Shown in pieces: positions 17,082 to 25,245 of a DNA stretch of 58,578 nucleotides. Position 1 is the stretch's first letter. Every line of letters starts with the position of its first letter. Under the pieces are notes generated by a model that worked only from the letters and a program-made list of their open reading frames with translations, was not told the DNA's origin and did not search any database. Origin of the DNA: Vampirovibrio sp. (GTDB lineage Bacteria; Cyanobacteriota; Vampirovibrionia; Vampirovibrionales; Vampirovibrionaceae). The position numbers and the translations under genes were made by a program. The stretch lies in assembly GCA_021323475.1 (NCBI GenBank), contig JAJQJM010000002.1:1-58578 (forward strand). The letters run 5' to 3'.

Positions 17082-18401
17082 ATGATGGAACGCTTTTTTA
17101 CAGCTCACTGCCTCTTTAAAAAAATCTACCGGGAAGGTTATCTCTTCAAGCGCTACCTGCGTGAACTTCAGCAATCTTACCGGCTTTCCGCGGATGAGTT
17201 GGCGGCCTACCAGCGACGGCAGTTGCGGGACATGGTTCAGCATTGCTATAAAAATATTCCTTATTACCGGGACCAGTTTCGGCAGCTTGGCCTGAAGCCG
17301 GACATGATTCGAACACTGTCAGACTTATCGGAACTTCCTATATTGGATAAGCAGACTGTAAAGGATAATTTTGACAAGCTCATCGATCGCAAACGCCTTA
17401 CCCCTTGGTGCCATAAAGCAAAAACTAGCGGAACAACCGGCTCTCCCGGCGTATTTATCCGGGATCGGGACGCCATTGTGTTTGAACATGCCGCTGTTTG
17501 GCGACAATGGGCTCAAGCCGGGGATACCGGCAAAAAGCGCGTGACAATCCGGGGCGGTATGGTCGTACCCATGACTCAAGCCGAGCCTCCCTTCTGGCGT
17601 TACAACCCGATCCATCGGGAACTGATCATGTGCTGCTATCATCTGTCTCCTAAAACCGGCAAGGCTTATATCGATAAAATTCTGGAGTTCAAACCGTCCG
17701 TTCTATACAGCTCCCCAACCATCGTTTATACGCTAGCCAAGCTGTTTAAGGCGTATCGTGTGCGCTACCCGTTCGAGCATATTTTCATGTCATCGGAAAA
17801 TTTGTCCTCTGAAATGGCCCAGCTCATCCGTCAGGTTTTTGACGCGCCCATTTCCGATTGGTACGGCCAGGCGGAACGCGTGGCGGCCATCGCCACGTGC
17901 CCGCAAGGCACCTACCATATTCAGGAAGACTACTCTTTGGTGGAACTGATTGATACCCCCAACGGCAAAGAGCTGGTAGGCACCCAGTTACGCAATAAGG
18001 TTATGCCTTTGTTACGCTACCGCACCGGGGATTATGTGGCGGACGAATCTCCCGATTGTACCTGCGGCAGCAATTTTCGCACCGTCGCCAATATTATCGG
18101 CAGGCTAAACGCCTACCTGGTGACTCCCGAAGGCTACCGCATTTTTAACACCACCCATATTCCGGCCAGTATCAACAACCTGATTGAAACCCAGTTCGTG
18201 CAGGAAAAACCCGGAGAAGTGCGTATTAAAGTGCTAACCAACGGTAGCTTCCAAACGGAAGATCGCGAGGCCCTCATCCAGAAAACGCTACAATACACAT
18301 CGCCAACCATGAAGGTGGAAATTGAAGAAGTCAGCCACATTCCCCGCGGCCCGAACGGGAAATTCATCAGCATTTTGAATCAGGTGGAATCCCTCAATTA
18401 A
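17082..18401 (+). CDS. adenylate-forming enzyme, phenylacetate-CoA ligase (PaaK)/CapK-like family
   Basis: The AMP-binding loop KTSGTTGSPGVF is present and the length and architecture match PaaK-like proteins. I placed the start at ATG 17082, which has AAGGAAAA upstream. The ORF is open from 17013. Confidence 0.8.
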   Translation: MMERFFTAHCLFKKIYREGYLFKRYLRELQQSYRLSADELAAYQRRQLRDMVQHCYKNIPYYRDQFRQLGLKPDMIRTLSDLSELPILDKQTVKDNFDKLIDRKRLTPWCHKAKTSGTTGSPGVFIRDRDAIVFEHAAVWRQWAQAGDTGKKRVTIRGGMVVPMTQAEPPFWRYNPIHRELIMCCYHLSPKTGKAYIDKILEFKPSVLYSSPTIVYTLAKLFKAYRVRYPFEHIFMSSENLSSEMAQLIRQVFDAPISDWYGQAERVAAIATCPQGTYHIQEDYSLVELIDTPNGKELVGTQLRNKVMPLLRYRTGDYVADESPDCTCGSNFRTVANIIGRLNAYLVTPEGYRIFNTTHIPASINNLIETQFVQEKPGEVRIKVLTNGSFQTEDREALIQKTLQYTSPTMKVEIEEVSHIPRGPNGKFISILNQVESLN

Positions 18402-18449
18402 ATCCATAGCCGGATGAAAGTTTTAAATCCCCAAAATTCATAAAACAAC

Positions 18450-18478
18450 TTGTCTTGTATCAAGCTTTATAGTATAGT
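18450..18478 (+). promoter_or_regulatory. sigma70-type promoter preceding a ~340-nt leader
   Basis: TTGTCT (18450-18455), 17-nt spacer, TATAGT (18473-18478). Confidence 0.5.
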
Positions 18479-18571
18479 CGGCCGGTACTGGCTGAAACCT
18501 GCATCGGTATTTCTGCAGACACAGCCTTAAACCATTCCAAAACCGCGTATCTACTTCCGGGAGTCAAGTGA

Positions 18572-18652
18572 ATGATGAACAACAACGGATTTCAACCAAA
18601 TGGTTTGCTTCAATCCAACGGATTGCGGACCGTTAGGTTCTGTTGTTGTTAG
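18572..18652 (+). ncRNA. structured leader element (candidate three-way junction) that coincides with a 26-codon sORF
   Basis: P1 pairs AACAACAAC (18578-86) with GTTGTTGTT (18642-50). P2 is GGATT..AACC/GGTT..AATCC. P3 is AACGG/CCGTT. The same span reads MMNNNGFQPNGLLQSNGLRTVRFCCC, with GGGAG 8 nt upstream of the ATG. Confidence 0.4.
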
Positions 18653-18765
18653 TATCCATTTTTTGGTAGCCAGCATCGTTTGGTAATCTTATCGCTGGCC
18701 TGATCCAAGTCATATAGAGACCTTCAAATCCAATTGCGGATTTTGACTCGATTTGTCGCTAAATC

Positions 18766-18800
18766 ACCGCCCCGAGCGCTCCATATCGGGCGGTATTTTG
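18766..18800 (+). terminator. terminator-like hairpin inside the leader, 17 nt before the amidotransferase ATG
   Basis: ACCGCCC-(15-nt loop)-GGGCGGT is followed by ATTTTG. Confidence 0.4.
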
Positions 18801-18816
18801 AAGAGGTACCCGACCC

Positions 18817-19914
18817 ATGTCTCAGTTATCGCCAATTCAATCACGCGTTTTTGCGGCCCAATCACGGCCTTTATCAACAAGACTACACTCACCATCGCCT
18901 CGTTTCGGCTGCCGCCTGACTGGCGCCATGAGCACCACGGGCTCCACAGACGGGGATCAGTTCGTCAAAAGCATGACCGTCAACTTACCCGAAATCGCAG
19001 ACAAAAAACATGCCCTAACGGAAGGGGTTCATGCGGCGGCGGCCTTACTAAGGAATGATCAGTCACACGGCTGGGGTTACGCGCATTTTACGGTGAGCCA
19101 ATCACCAGGCACAGGCATCACGCTGAAGCAATTCAAGAGCCCCCTAAGCATTCTGCGCGATCCTCAATACCAGGCTCAGCGCCGCTCCTTCCAAACCGAC
19201 ACGCTTTCATCCGGCATTGCCCACGTCCGTAAAGCCACCGGGGGAACCGACATCCGAAAGGAGAACGCTCATCCTTTCAGCCTGAAGCTGGATAATACGG
19301 AATGGACCTTTGTACATAACGGCCGTTGGGACAATGCGCTTTCTCCAGCCATTCAGGCGCGCTTAAAGCAAGATCCGGTCTTTACGCCCAAGGGCACGAC
19401 AGATTCCGAGCATGCCTTTCTGGCCTTGATGCAGGCCATCCGCACACAACTGGGCACCTTGAATACTGAGCAAGTCGGCCAAGACAAAATGACACGCGCG
19501 TTTGCAGACGGCATCCGTCAGCTCACCCAGGAGCCTAGCCCATTCGTGACCGCTACCATTCCGGATTCCAACCTGAAGATTGGCGGTAAAGTCCGGGTTG
19601 GCCCAGCCTACAACTTTGTAGCCAACGATGGAGACCTAATGATAGCGTACCGTAACGGGCAAAGCCTATACTTGGGCGTCCAACGGGATGACAAAGGAAA
19701 AGTCGTTGCCCACGGGGTAGCCACAGAGCCGACTGCGCTACCGGGCGTGGTTTGGTTTGATGTGCCCGAGAACACGCTGGTAGTTATTTCCAAACAGAAA
19801 ACCACCGGGCAGTCCGCGGCCCAGGTGTTACCGCTGGAAAGCATTTCTCCGCTAAAAAAAGATTCTTACCCTCAAATGTTCTATAAATTCTTGCAAAGAT
19901 TTTCTGCAAGCTAA
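18817..19914 (+). CDS. class II (Ntn) glutamine amidotransferase, YafJ-like, with a 31-aa N-terminal propeptide
   Basis: CRLTGAMS aligns with the MCELLGMS N-terminus of YafJ-type enzymes. Other matching segments are HGWGYAHF, AHVRKATGG..ENAHPF, FVHNG and TDSEHAF. The catalytic Cys is residue 32. Confidence 0.8.
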   Translation: MSQLSPIQSRVFAAQSRPLSTRLHSPSPRFGCRLTGAMSTTGSTDGDQFVKSMTVNLPEIADKKHALTEGVHAAAALLRNDQSHGWGYAHFTVSQSPGTGITLKQFKSPLSILRDPQYQAQRRSFQTDTLSSGIAHVRKATGGTDIRKENAHPFSLKLDNTEWTFVHNGRWDNALSPAIQARLKQDPVFTPKGTTDSEHAFLALMQAIRTQLGTLNTEQVGQDKMTRAFADGIRQLTQEPSPFVTATIPDSNLKIGGKVRVGPAYNFVANDGDLMIAYRNGQSLYLGVQRDDKGKVVAHGVATEPTALPGVVWFDVPENTLVVISKQKTTGQSAAQVLPLESISPLKKDSYPQMFYKFLQRFSAS

Positions 19915-19935
19915 TTGCGGGTATCTTACACAGCT

Positions 19936-19961
19936 GGAAGAAAACTCTTCCATTATTTTTT
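19936..19961 (+). terminator. weak rho-independent terminator
   Basis: GGAAGA-aaac-TCTTCC is followed by ATTATTTTTT. Confidence 0.35.
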
Positions 19962-20042
19962 CCTTCTCACACGCTTTTCGGAAAGCGCGCCAGTTTCGGC
20001 TGTTTGCTTTACAATCAGAAAAACACAGCCGTGAGGTGGACC

Positions 20043-21329
20043 TTGAAAAAGCAATTGATCTTCATGCATCAGAATTATCCTGCGCAATTTGGGCCCATTA
20101 CCCGCTTCCTGTTGCAGGAATACGACGTGAACATTGCCTTTTTCAGCCAATACACCGCTAAAAACCCGGTGCCCGGCATTCGCCATTACACTTACAAACC
20201 TGTTAGCACCGGCCATGAGCAAAAACCTTATTTCTTTTCCAGATATTTTGAAATGGAATGCACCGCCATGCATGGGGTACATAACGCTGTGGTAACCAGC
20301 GGCCTGCAACCGGATCTCTTCATAGGCCATGTGGCGTTCGGCAACATGGGGCTGCTGCATGTGGAATACCCGGAGGTTCCCAAAATCGGCTTTTTTGAAC
20401 TGTTTTACGATCCCTACGGACGTTATTCGGAAAGCCGCCCCGAATACCCGGCTCCCAAGCCCAACCGTTTGCGGGTTCCGCTTAGGAATGCCACACAGTT
20501 GATTGAGCTTGAGTATTGCACCAAAGGGTACTCCCCTACAGGGTTTCAGCGTTCAACCTATCCCGAAGCATACCAGTCTAAACTCTCCGTATTTTTTGAC
20601 GGAATTGACACCCATCAGTATAAACCGGGCGACGTAGCTGCCAACAGCCAATTGCCTCGCACCTGGCCCGCCGATGCCCGACTGGTAACATACGTGGCCC
20701 GTGGCCTGGAGGCCATGCGCGGATTTGACATTTTTATGGAAGTCGCGCACCGGGTTTCTCAAAAACGGCCGGATGTGCATTTTGTCATCGCCGGAAACCC
20801 CAAAACCCATTACGGTTCCGAAATGCTGCAAATCAAGGAAGAGACCTTCAAAGATTATGTGATGAAGCTGCATCCGTACGACCTGAACCGCTTCCACTTT
20901 CTGAACTGGATTCCGGAACCCGCATTGGTAGACTTATTCCGCCTCAGCGATTGCCACTTCTATTGGACAGTGCCATTCACGCTCTCTTGGAGCCTGTTTC
21001 AAGCCATGTCCACCGGGTGTTTGGTATTGGGTTCCAATTCCGCGCCGGTGCGAGAAGCCATTACGGACGGTGTTAATGGCGTCCTGCTGGAGCCCTATAA
21101 TATTGATGCCCTGGAGGCCGGCATGTTGGACATGTTGGATTACCCGGAACGCTACCAGCCCTTGCGGGAGGCGGCAAGGCAAGACATGGTGGAAAAGTAC
21201 GGCTTTGAAGTCTGCCTACCAAACCTGGCGGAGTTTTATTTGGCTACTGGCAGCCCGGCTGCGCCCGCGATTGATTCAACACCCACTCATGGGCTTTCTG
21301 TGCCCGCTAACATTCCCTATAGCTTGTAA
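20043..21329 (+). CDS. glycosyltransferase family 4
   Basis: The N-terminus resembles the (I/L)FxHQN(F/Y)PxQF type, and the C-terminal GT-B motif is GSNSAPVREAITDGVNGVLLEP. I suggest TTG 20043 as the start because GAGGTG lies upstream. The ORF is open from 20004. Confidence 0.8.
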   Translation: MKKQLIFMHQNYPAQFGPITRFLLQEYDVNIAFFSQYTAKNPVPGIRHYTYKPVSTGHEQKPYFFSRYFEMECTAMHGVHNAVVTSGLQPDLFIGHVAFGNMGLLHVEYPEVPKIGFFELFYDPYGRYSESRPEYPAPKPNRLRVPLRNATQLIELEYCTKGYSPTGFQRSTYPEAYQSKLSVFFDGIDTHQYKPGDVAANSQLPRTWPADARLVTYVARGLEAMRGFDIFMEVAHRVSQKRPDVHFVIAGNPKTHYGSEMLQIKEETFKDYVMKLHPYDLNRFHFLNWIPEPALVDLFRLSDCHFYWTVPFTLSWSLFQAMSTGCLVLGSNSAPVREAITDGVNGVLLEPYNIDALEAGMLDMLDYPERYQPLREAARQDMVEKYGFEVCLPNLAEFYLATGSPAAPAIDSTPTHGLSVPANIPYSL

Positions 21330-22409
21330 TCAGACAGGACAGTCAGCTGTTTGAGGACAAGCTAACAGATATTGATCGCAGACCGTTTCTATATCGAAGC
21401 GCTTGAGCGCCATGACCCTTGCCTTGCGTGAGGATTCTTCCAACTGACCTTGCATTTGAATAATAGCCTGGGCGTATTTCTCGACAGGGGCTTTCGACAT
21501 CCGTTCAAAATCCCGATGCGGCAACCAGGTAAAGGGGATTGACTCATCCACCAGAAGGCCGCCTGATGGGCTAACCAGCTCCCCAACACCGCCATGATTC
21601 ACCCCTACCACCGGAAGCCCACATGCCAGAGCCTCAATCACCACATTAGGACAGGAATCCCAATAAGATAAGTTCAACATCAAATCACACGCCCGGTAAA
21701 CCGAAGCCAGCTCATTATGGGGCTTCTTCCCGTGGAATGTATAATGCAGCCCTTCCCGCAAACCCAGCCCATCGGCCACATTCCGGGCATAGGCAAAAGA
21801 GGCCCCATCATCGCCACCGAGAATATGCAAATGATAAGCCTGTCGTGTCTGGTGTACCAAGCGGCTCAAAATCCGAAAGCTGTCATGCAACCGGTGATAT
21901 GGACGGAAACTGTGCGACACCAGAATATTCACAGTCCCTGGCAGACGGATGTCATGCTGAGGGCCTTCCGGGGAAAACTCATTCAAATCGACGCCATTAT
22001 AGATGATATGACCAGGTTGGGTTGGTGCTACAAACTTCTGGCTAATGGCCCTGGAGAACTCGCTTTGGTAAATAATGTCATTCGCCGCCAATAAGTTCTC
22101 CCGAATTTTAGCGTTCTTTTTGCGGTTAACCTTGGCGGAGTACCAGTCATCCAGCACAGGCACCCGTAGCACAAAGGGCTTTCGTATTTTATGGTGGCGA
22201 TCGCAATAGCAGCCATCCATCCGTACCACGACTTTCGTTTTACCAGCCTTTTGGCGTTCTGTGATCCAATCCGGTAATGGCTGAAATGAAAGCTGGATCC
22301 AGTAATCGGGCTCCTCCAACGAAAAACGGCCCCGTTTCTCCAGGGCCTTCTGCAAACGGGTCAGAAAAATTCCCGGCCCTTGATGGGGGCTTGCTTCGAA
22401 TCCGATCAT
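21330..22409 (-). CDS. glycosyltransferase (GT-B, family 1/4)
   Basis: The motif PVVGVNHGGVGELVSPSGGLLVDE is present. I preferred ATG 22409. The ORF is open to TTG 22436. Confidence 0.8.
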   Translation of the reverse strand: MIGFEASPHQGPGIFLTRLQKALEKRGRFSLEEPDYWIQLSFQPLPDWITERQKAGKTKVVVRMDGCYCDRHHKIRKPFVLRVPVLDDWYSAKVNRKKNAKIRENLLAANDIIYQSEFSRAISQKFVAPTQPGHIIYNGVDLNEFSPEGPQHDIRLPGTVNILVSHSFRPYHRLHDSFRILSRLVHQTRQAYHLHILGGDDGASFAYARNVADGLGLREGLHYTFHGKKPHNELASVYRACDLMLNLSYWDSCPNVVIEALACGLPVVGVNHGGVGELVSPSGGLLVDESIPFTWLPHRDFERMSKAPVEKYAQAIIQMQGQLEESSRKARVMALKRFDIETVCDQYLLACPQTADCPV

Positions 22410-22603
22410 GACTGCATTATACCAAAGCGAACCCAAGCTTTCTGGAAGCCCCCCTATTCAGCCCTACACACCACTACAGTATGTATAAAGCACCCAATAT
22501 CCAAACTTAATCCGTTACTAAAAGTGTAAAAACGGCTACCATTAATCAGCTTCCGCTGGTACCATTCATAAGTGAGAATCCAAAGCTGCTAGGAATATGC
22601 CCC

Positions 22604-23281
22604 ATGTCTCTTACTTATAAGCCGCATCAACAATCCTATAATAACCGACAAGAAAAAAGCCAATACGTTTATGAAAAATATCAGCCGCTTCTGCAAGACT
22701 CCATTTTAGATGTCGGTGCTGACCAATGTTTTTTAAAGGATTTCTTAAAACCAGGCCAGCAATATACCGGCATCGGGATTGGCGGCGCGCCTGATATTGA
22801 GTTTAATCTTGAAAGCGGTCCACTACCGTTTGAATCCGATAGCTTTGACACAGTAATGTGCCTGGATGTGCTTGAACACTTGGAAAATATTCACGCCGCT
22901 TTTGATGAACTCTGTCGAGTTAGCCGCAAGCACGTGATCATCGCGTTGCCCAACCCTTGGTACCAGGTTTGGAATGCAATGCACGGCAGAATATATACCC
23001 CGGAGCAACCCATGGTGCATTATGGCCTTCCTTTGGAAAGACAAGAAGACCGTCATAAATGGTTTTTCAATCATGAGGAAGCCGTCAATTTTGTGCGCTA
23101 CAGAGCCGCTAAAAACAAGATGACCGTTATCCAAATGGATTGGCAAGGCGGACAGGAAGAGAAAAAGTGGAAAAAACGTTTATTCAGACGCTTGTTACTT
23201 GGGAAAAGACATAACCCCCTCAATCTGTTTGCCAGCACCTTATGGGTGGTACTGCAAAAAAACCGGAACAGCAGAACTTAG
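22604..23281 (+). CDS. class I SAM-dependent methyltransferase
   Basis: Motif I reads ILDVGADQCF. VMCLDVLEHLENI is also present. Confidence 0.75.
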   Translation: MSLTYKPHQQSYNNRQEKSQYVYEKYQPLLQDSILDVGADQCFLKDFLKPGQQYTGIGIGGAPDIEFNLESGPLPFESDSFDTVMCLDVLEHLENIHAAFDELCRVSRKHVIIALPNPWYQVWNAMHGRIYTPEQPMVHYGLPLERQEDRHKWFFNHEEAVNFVRYRAAKNKMTVIQMDWQGGQEEKKWKKRLFRRLLLGKRHNPLNLFASTLWVVLQKNRNSRT

Positions 23282-23315
23282 CATCAATAGAAGTAAGCTG
23301 TCAGTAGCAGGATAT

Positions 23316-25094
23316 CTAATCAACGGCTTCTACCTGCAATAAGCGCAGTGCCTGTTGGGGTTCGGCAATATAGTAAAGCCGGACTTTATCTGTATTATAA
23401 ATAGCCCCATGCTGAATGACTGACGTGACAGACTCATACGGAATATGCAGAGACTCCCATAAAGAAGGTGTGTGGCGAACATATGGCAAATCATAAGTTG
23501 CTATTCTGTATGGTGCCAATTGCTCTTCTAGTGAACCGACCTTAGCCCATCCCCCCTCACTCAGATAACAAATTTTAACCGGGGGTAAGCATAACCGATT
23601 GTATTGGACTTCCTCAAATAGAAAGTAATGAACTTTATTAGAAGCGAGTAATGCTTTAAAATCTTCAACCGAGTGGAACTTTAGCACTTTTCGCTCTGGA
23701 AAATAGATGGAATACACAGGAAAACGGTAAGGAGTGGCAATGGGTTCTCCCGGCTGAAGCTTAGGCTTCAAATCCTTGGCCAACTGATTATAACCAGAAG
23801 AGAGCTGTGTAAACCCGTAACTAAACGGCAATGCAGGAATAGTCACCAAGCCCAGCAGAAAGACTGCGACAGCTACCTGGACTGACTTTTGTCTAAACGG
23901 CAGCCAACTGATAACAGATTGAATGCCTATTCCACAAACCAGAATTAGCAATGGAAAAAAGGGTGCCGCTAAACGAAATCGTTTTTCCGGATAAAGAAAC
24001 AACAATGCCAAACTCGCTCCGGATAAGATCCAAAGCAAAAACCAATCCGCCCGCTTCTTTCTCCAGATTTGCCAGCTTAACAGCACAGTCCCAATTGCCA
24101 GAAACAGGATGAAGAACCATCCTTCCGTATCCAGCAGGCTCTTCACAAAATATAAGTAATCGGTGGCAGCATGCACCTCATCATTCGTGATGGCCCGGCG
24201 AACATGACTTTTGAAAATATGGCTGAAAAGCTCTTGATGGTAAGGAACCACATAACCCTTGTGCAAGGTTGCATGAAAAATTTTCCGTAACCCGTGAGAT
24301 ACTAAATCCCAAAACACCAAAGGCGCAGCAACACCGGCAATAAATGGCCAAATCCTTATCACTTTACTGAAACGCCATTGATGTTGATAAATGAAATAGC
24401 CCAGCTCAAACAGAAATAACAACCCAACCGCCGGGATCATCATATCATTGGTAGTCTGGATCAGCCCGATACCCATTCCGGACCAGAACAACATTTTTCT
24501 GCTGGCAGGCCTACCAAAACGATATCTACTATACAGATAGAAATAAAACAATAAGACGAAGGCGGGCCATTGATACGGAATTCCAAAGCGGGAATAATAG
24601 ATCTGAAAACCCGAGACCGCGGTAATTCCCATTGTCATCAAAGCCAGCCACCGACTGCCAGTCAATTGCAAAAACGTCAAATATACAAGCCCAACGGTCA
24701 GCATTCCCAATACGGCGGACAGATACGCTCCCGCCGCCGGATTATTGATGCCCACCACCATTTGAGTCAACATAAGCAACACAATATAGCTGGGTTTATA
24801 GGTGATATGTGGGTAAAACCCACCATAGTATATGGATTGAAAAGCGTCTTGTACCGGCACCCCCTGCTGAATTTCAGCTAAAAACCGGGGCAATTGCAAA
24901 CAGGTTTTGGCAATTTGCATATACCAAGCTTCATCGTAGGCAAAAATGCCCTGCTTCTCAATATTTTCAAACCGTAAAAAAGCAGCCGCTCCAACGATAA
25001 GCACAACCAAAATCCAGAATAGCTTATTCAGCATGCCGGATTCCCAAAGTGCATTTGGCTGACACTCTTTCGGGACTGAGTTATTTTCCATCAT
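23316..25094 (-). CDS. polytopic membrane glycosyltransferase, GT-C fold (ArnT/PMT_2-like)
   Basis: The 592-aa protein has more than 10 predicted TM helices. A YDEAWY acidic motif follows TM1 and a soluble C-terminal domain is present. Confidence 0.55.
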   Translation of the reverse strand: MMENNSVPKECQPNALWESGMLNKLFWILVVLIVGAAAFLRFENIEKQGIFAYDEAWYMQIAKTCLQLPRFLAEIQQGVPVQDAFQSIYYGGFYPHITYKPSYIVLLMLTQMVVGINNPAAGAYLSAVLGMLTVGLVYLTFLQLTGSRWLALMTMGITAVSGFQIYYSRFGIPYQWPAFVLLFYFYLYSRYRFGRPASRKMLFWSGMGIGLIQTTNDMMIPAVGLLFLFELGYFIYQHQWRFSKVIRIWPFIAGVAAPLVFWDLVSHGLRKIFHATLHKGYVVPYHQELFSHIFKSHVRRAITNDEVHAATDYLYFVKSLLDTEGWFFILFLAIGTVLLSWQIWRKKRADWFLLWILSGASLALLFLYPEKRFRLAAPFFPLLILVCGIGIQSVISWLPFRQKSVQVAVAVFLLGLVTIPALPFSYGFTQLSSGYNQLAKDLKPKLQPGEPIATPYRFPVYSIYFPERKVLKFHSVEDFKALLASNKVHYFLFEEVQYNRLCLPPVKICYLSEGGWAKVGSLEEQLAPYRIATYDLPYVRHTPSLWESLHIPYESVTSVIQHGAIYNTDKVRLYYIAEPQQALRLLQVEAVD

Positions 25095-25245
25095 TCCATC
25101 TCTTCGCTCTATGCCGGGTAGACAGCATCAATGCTCGTAAGGTTTATCATAACGCAGTCAACCGACACATCTAAGCTATAAGCATTCATCTGCTCTAAAA
25201 GGAGGTGACCGAAGGGAGAACCTCACTGTGCTGAAGTAATGAGCT

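Noticed and set aside
18572-18652. The sORF MMNNNGFQPNGLLQSNGLRTVRFCCC as a RiPP or bacteriocin precursor.
   Set aside because: No maturation, export or immunity genes are adjacent. The NNN and CCC codon triplets are exactly the two arms of an RNA helix (AAC x3 / GTT x3). RNA structure explains them more economically.
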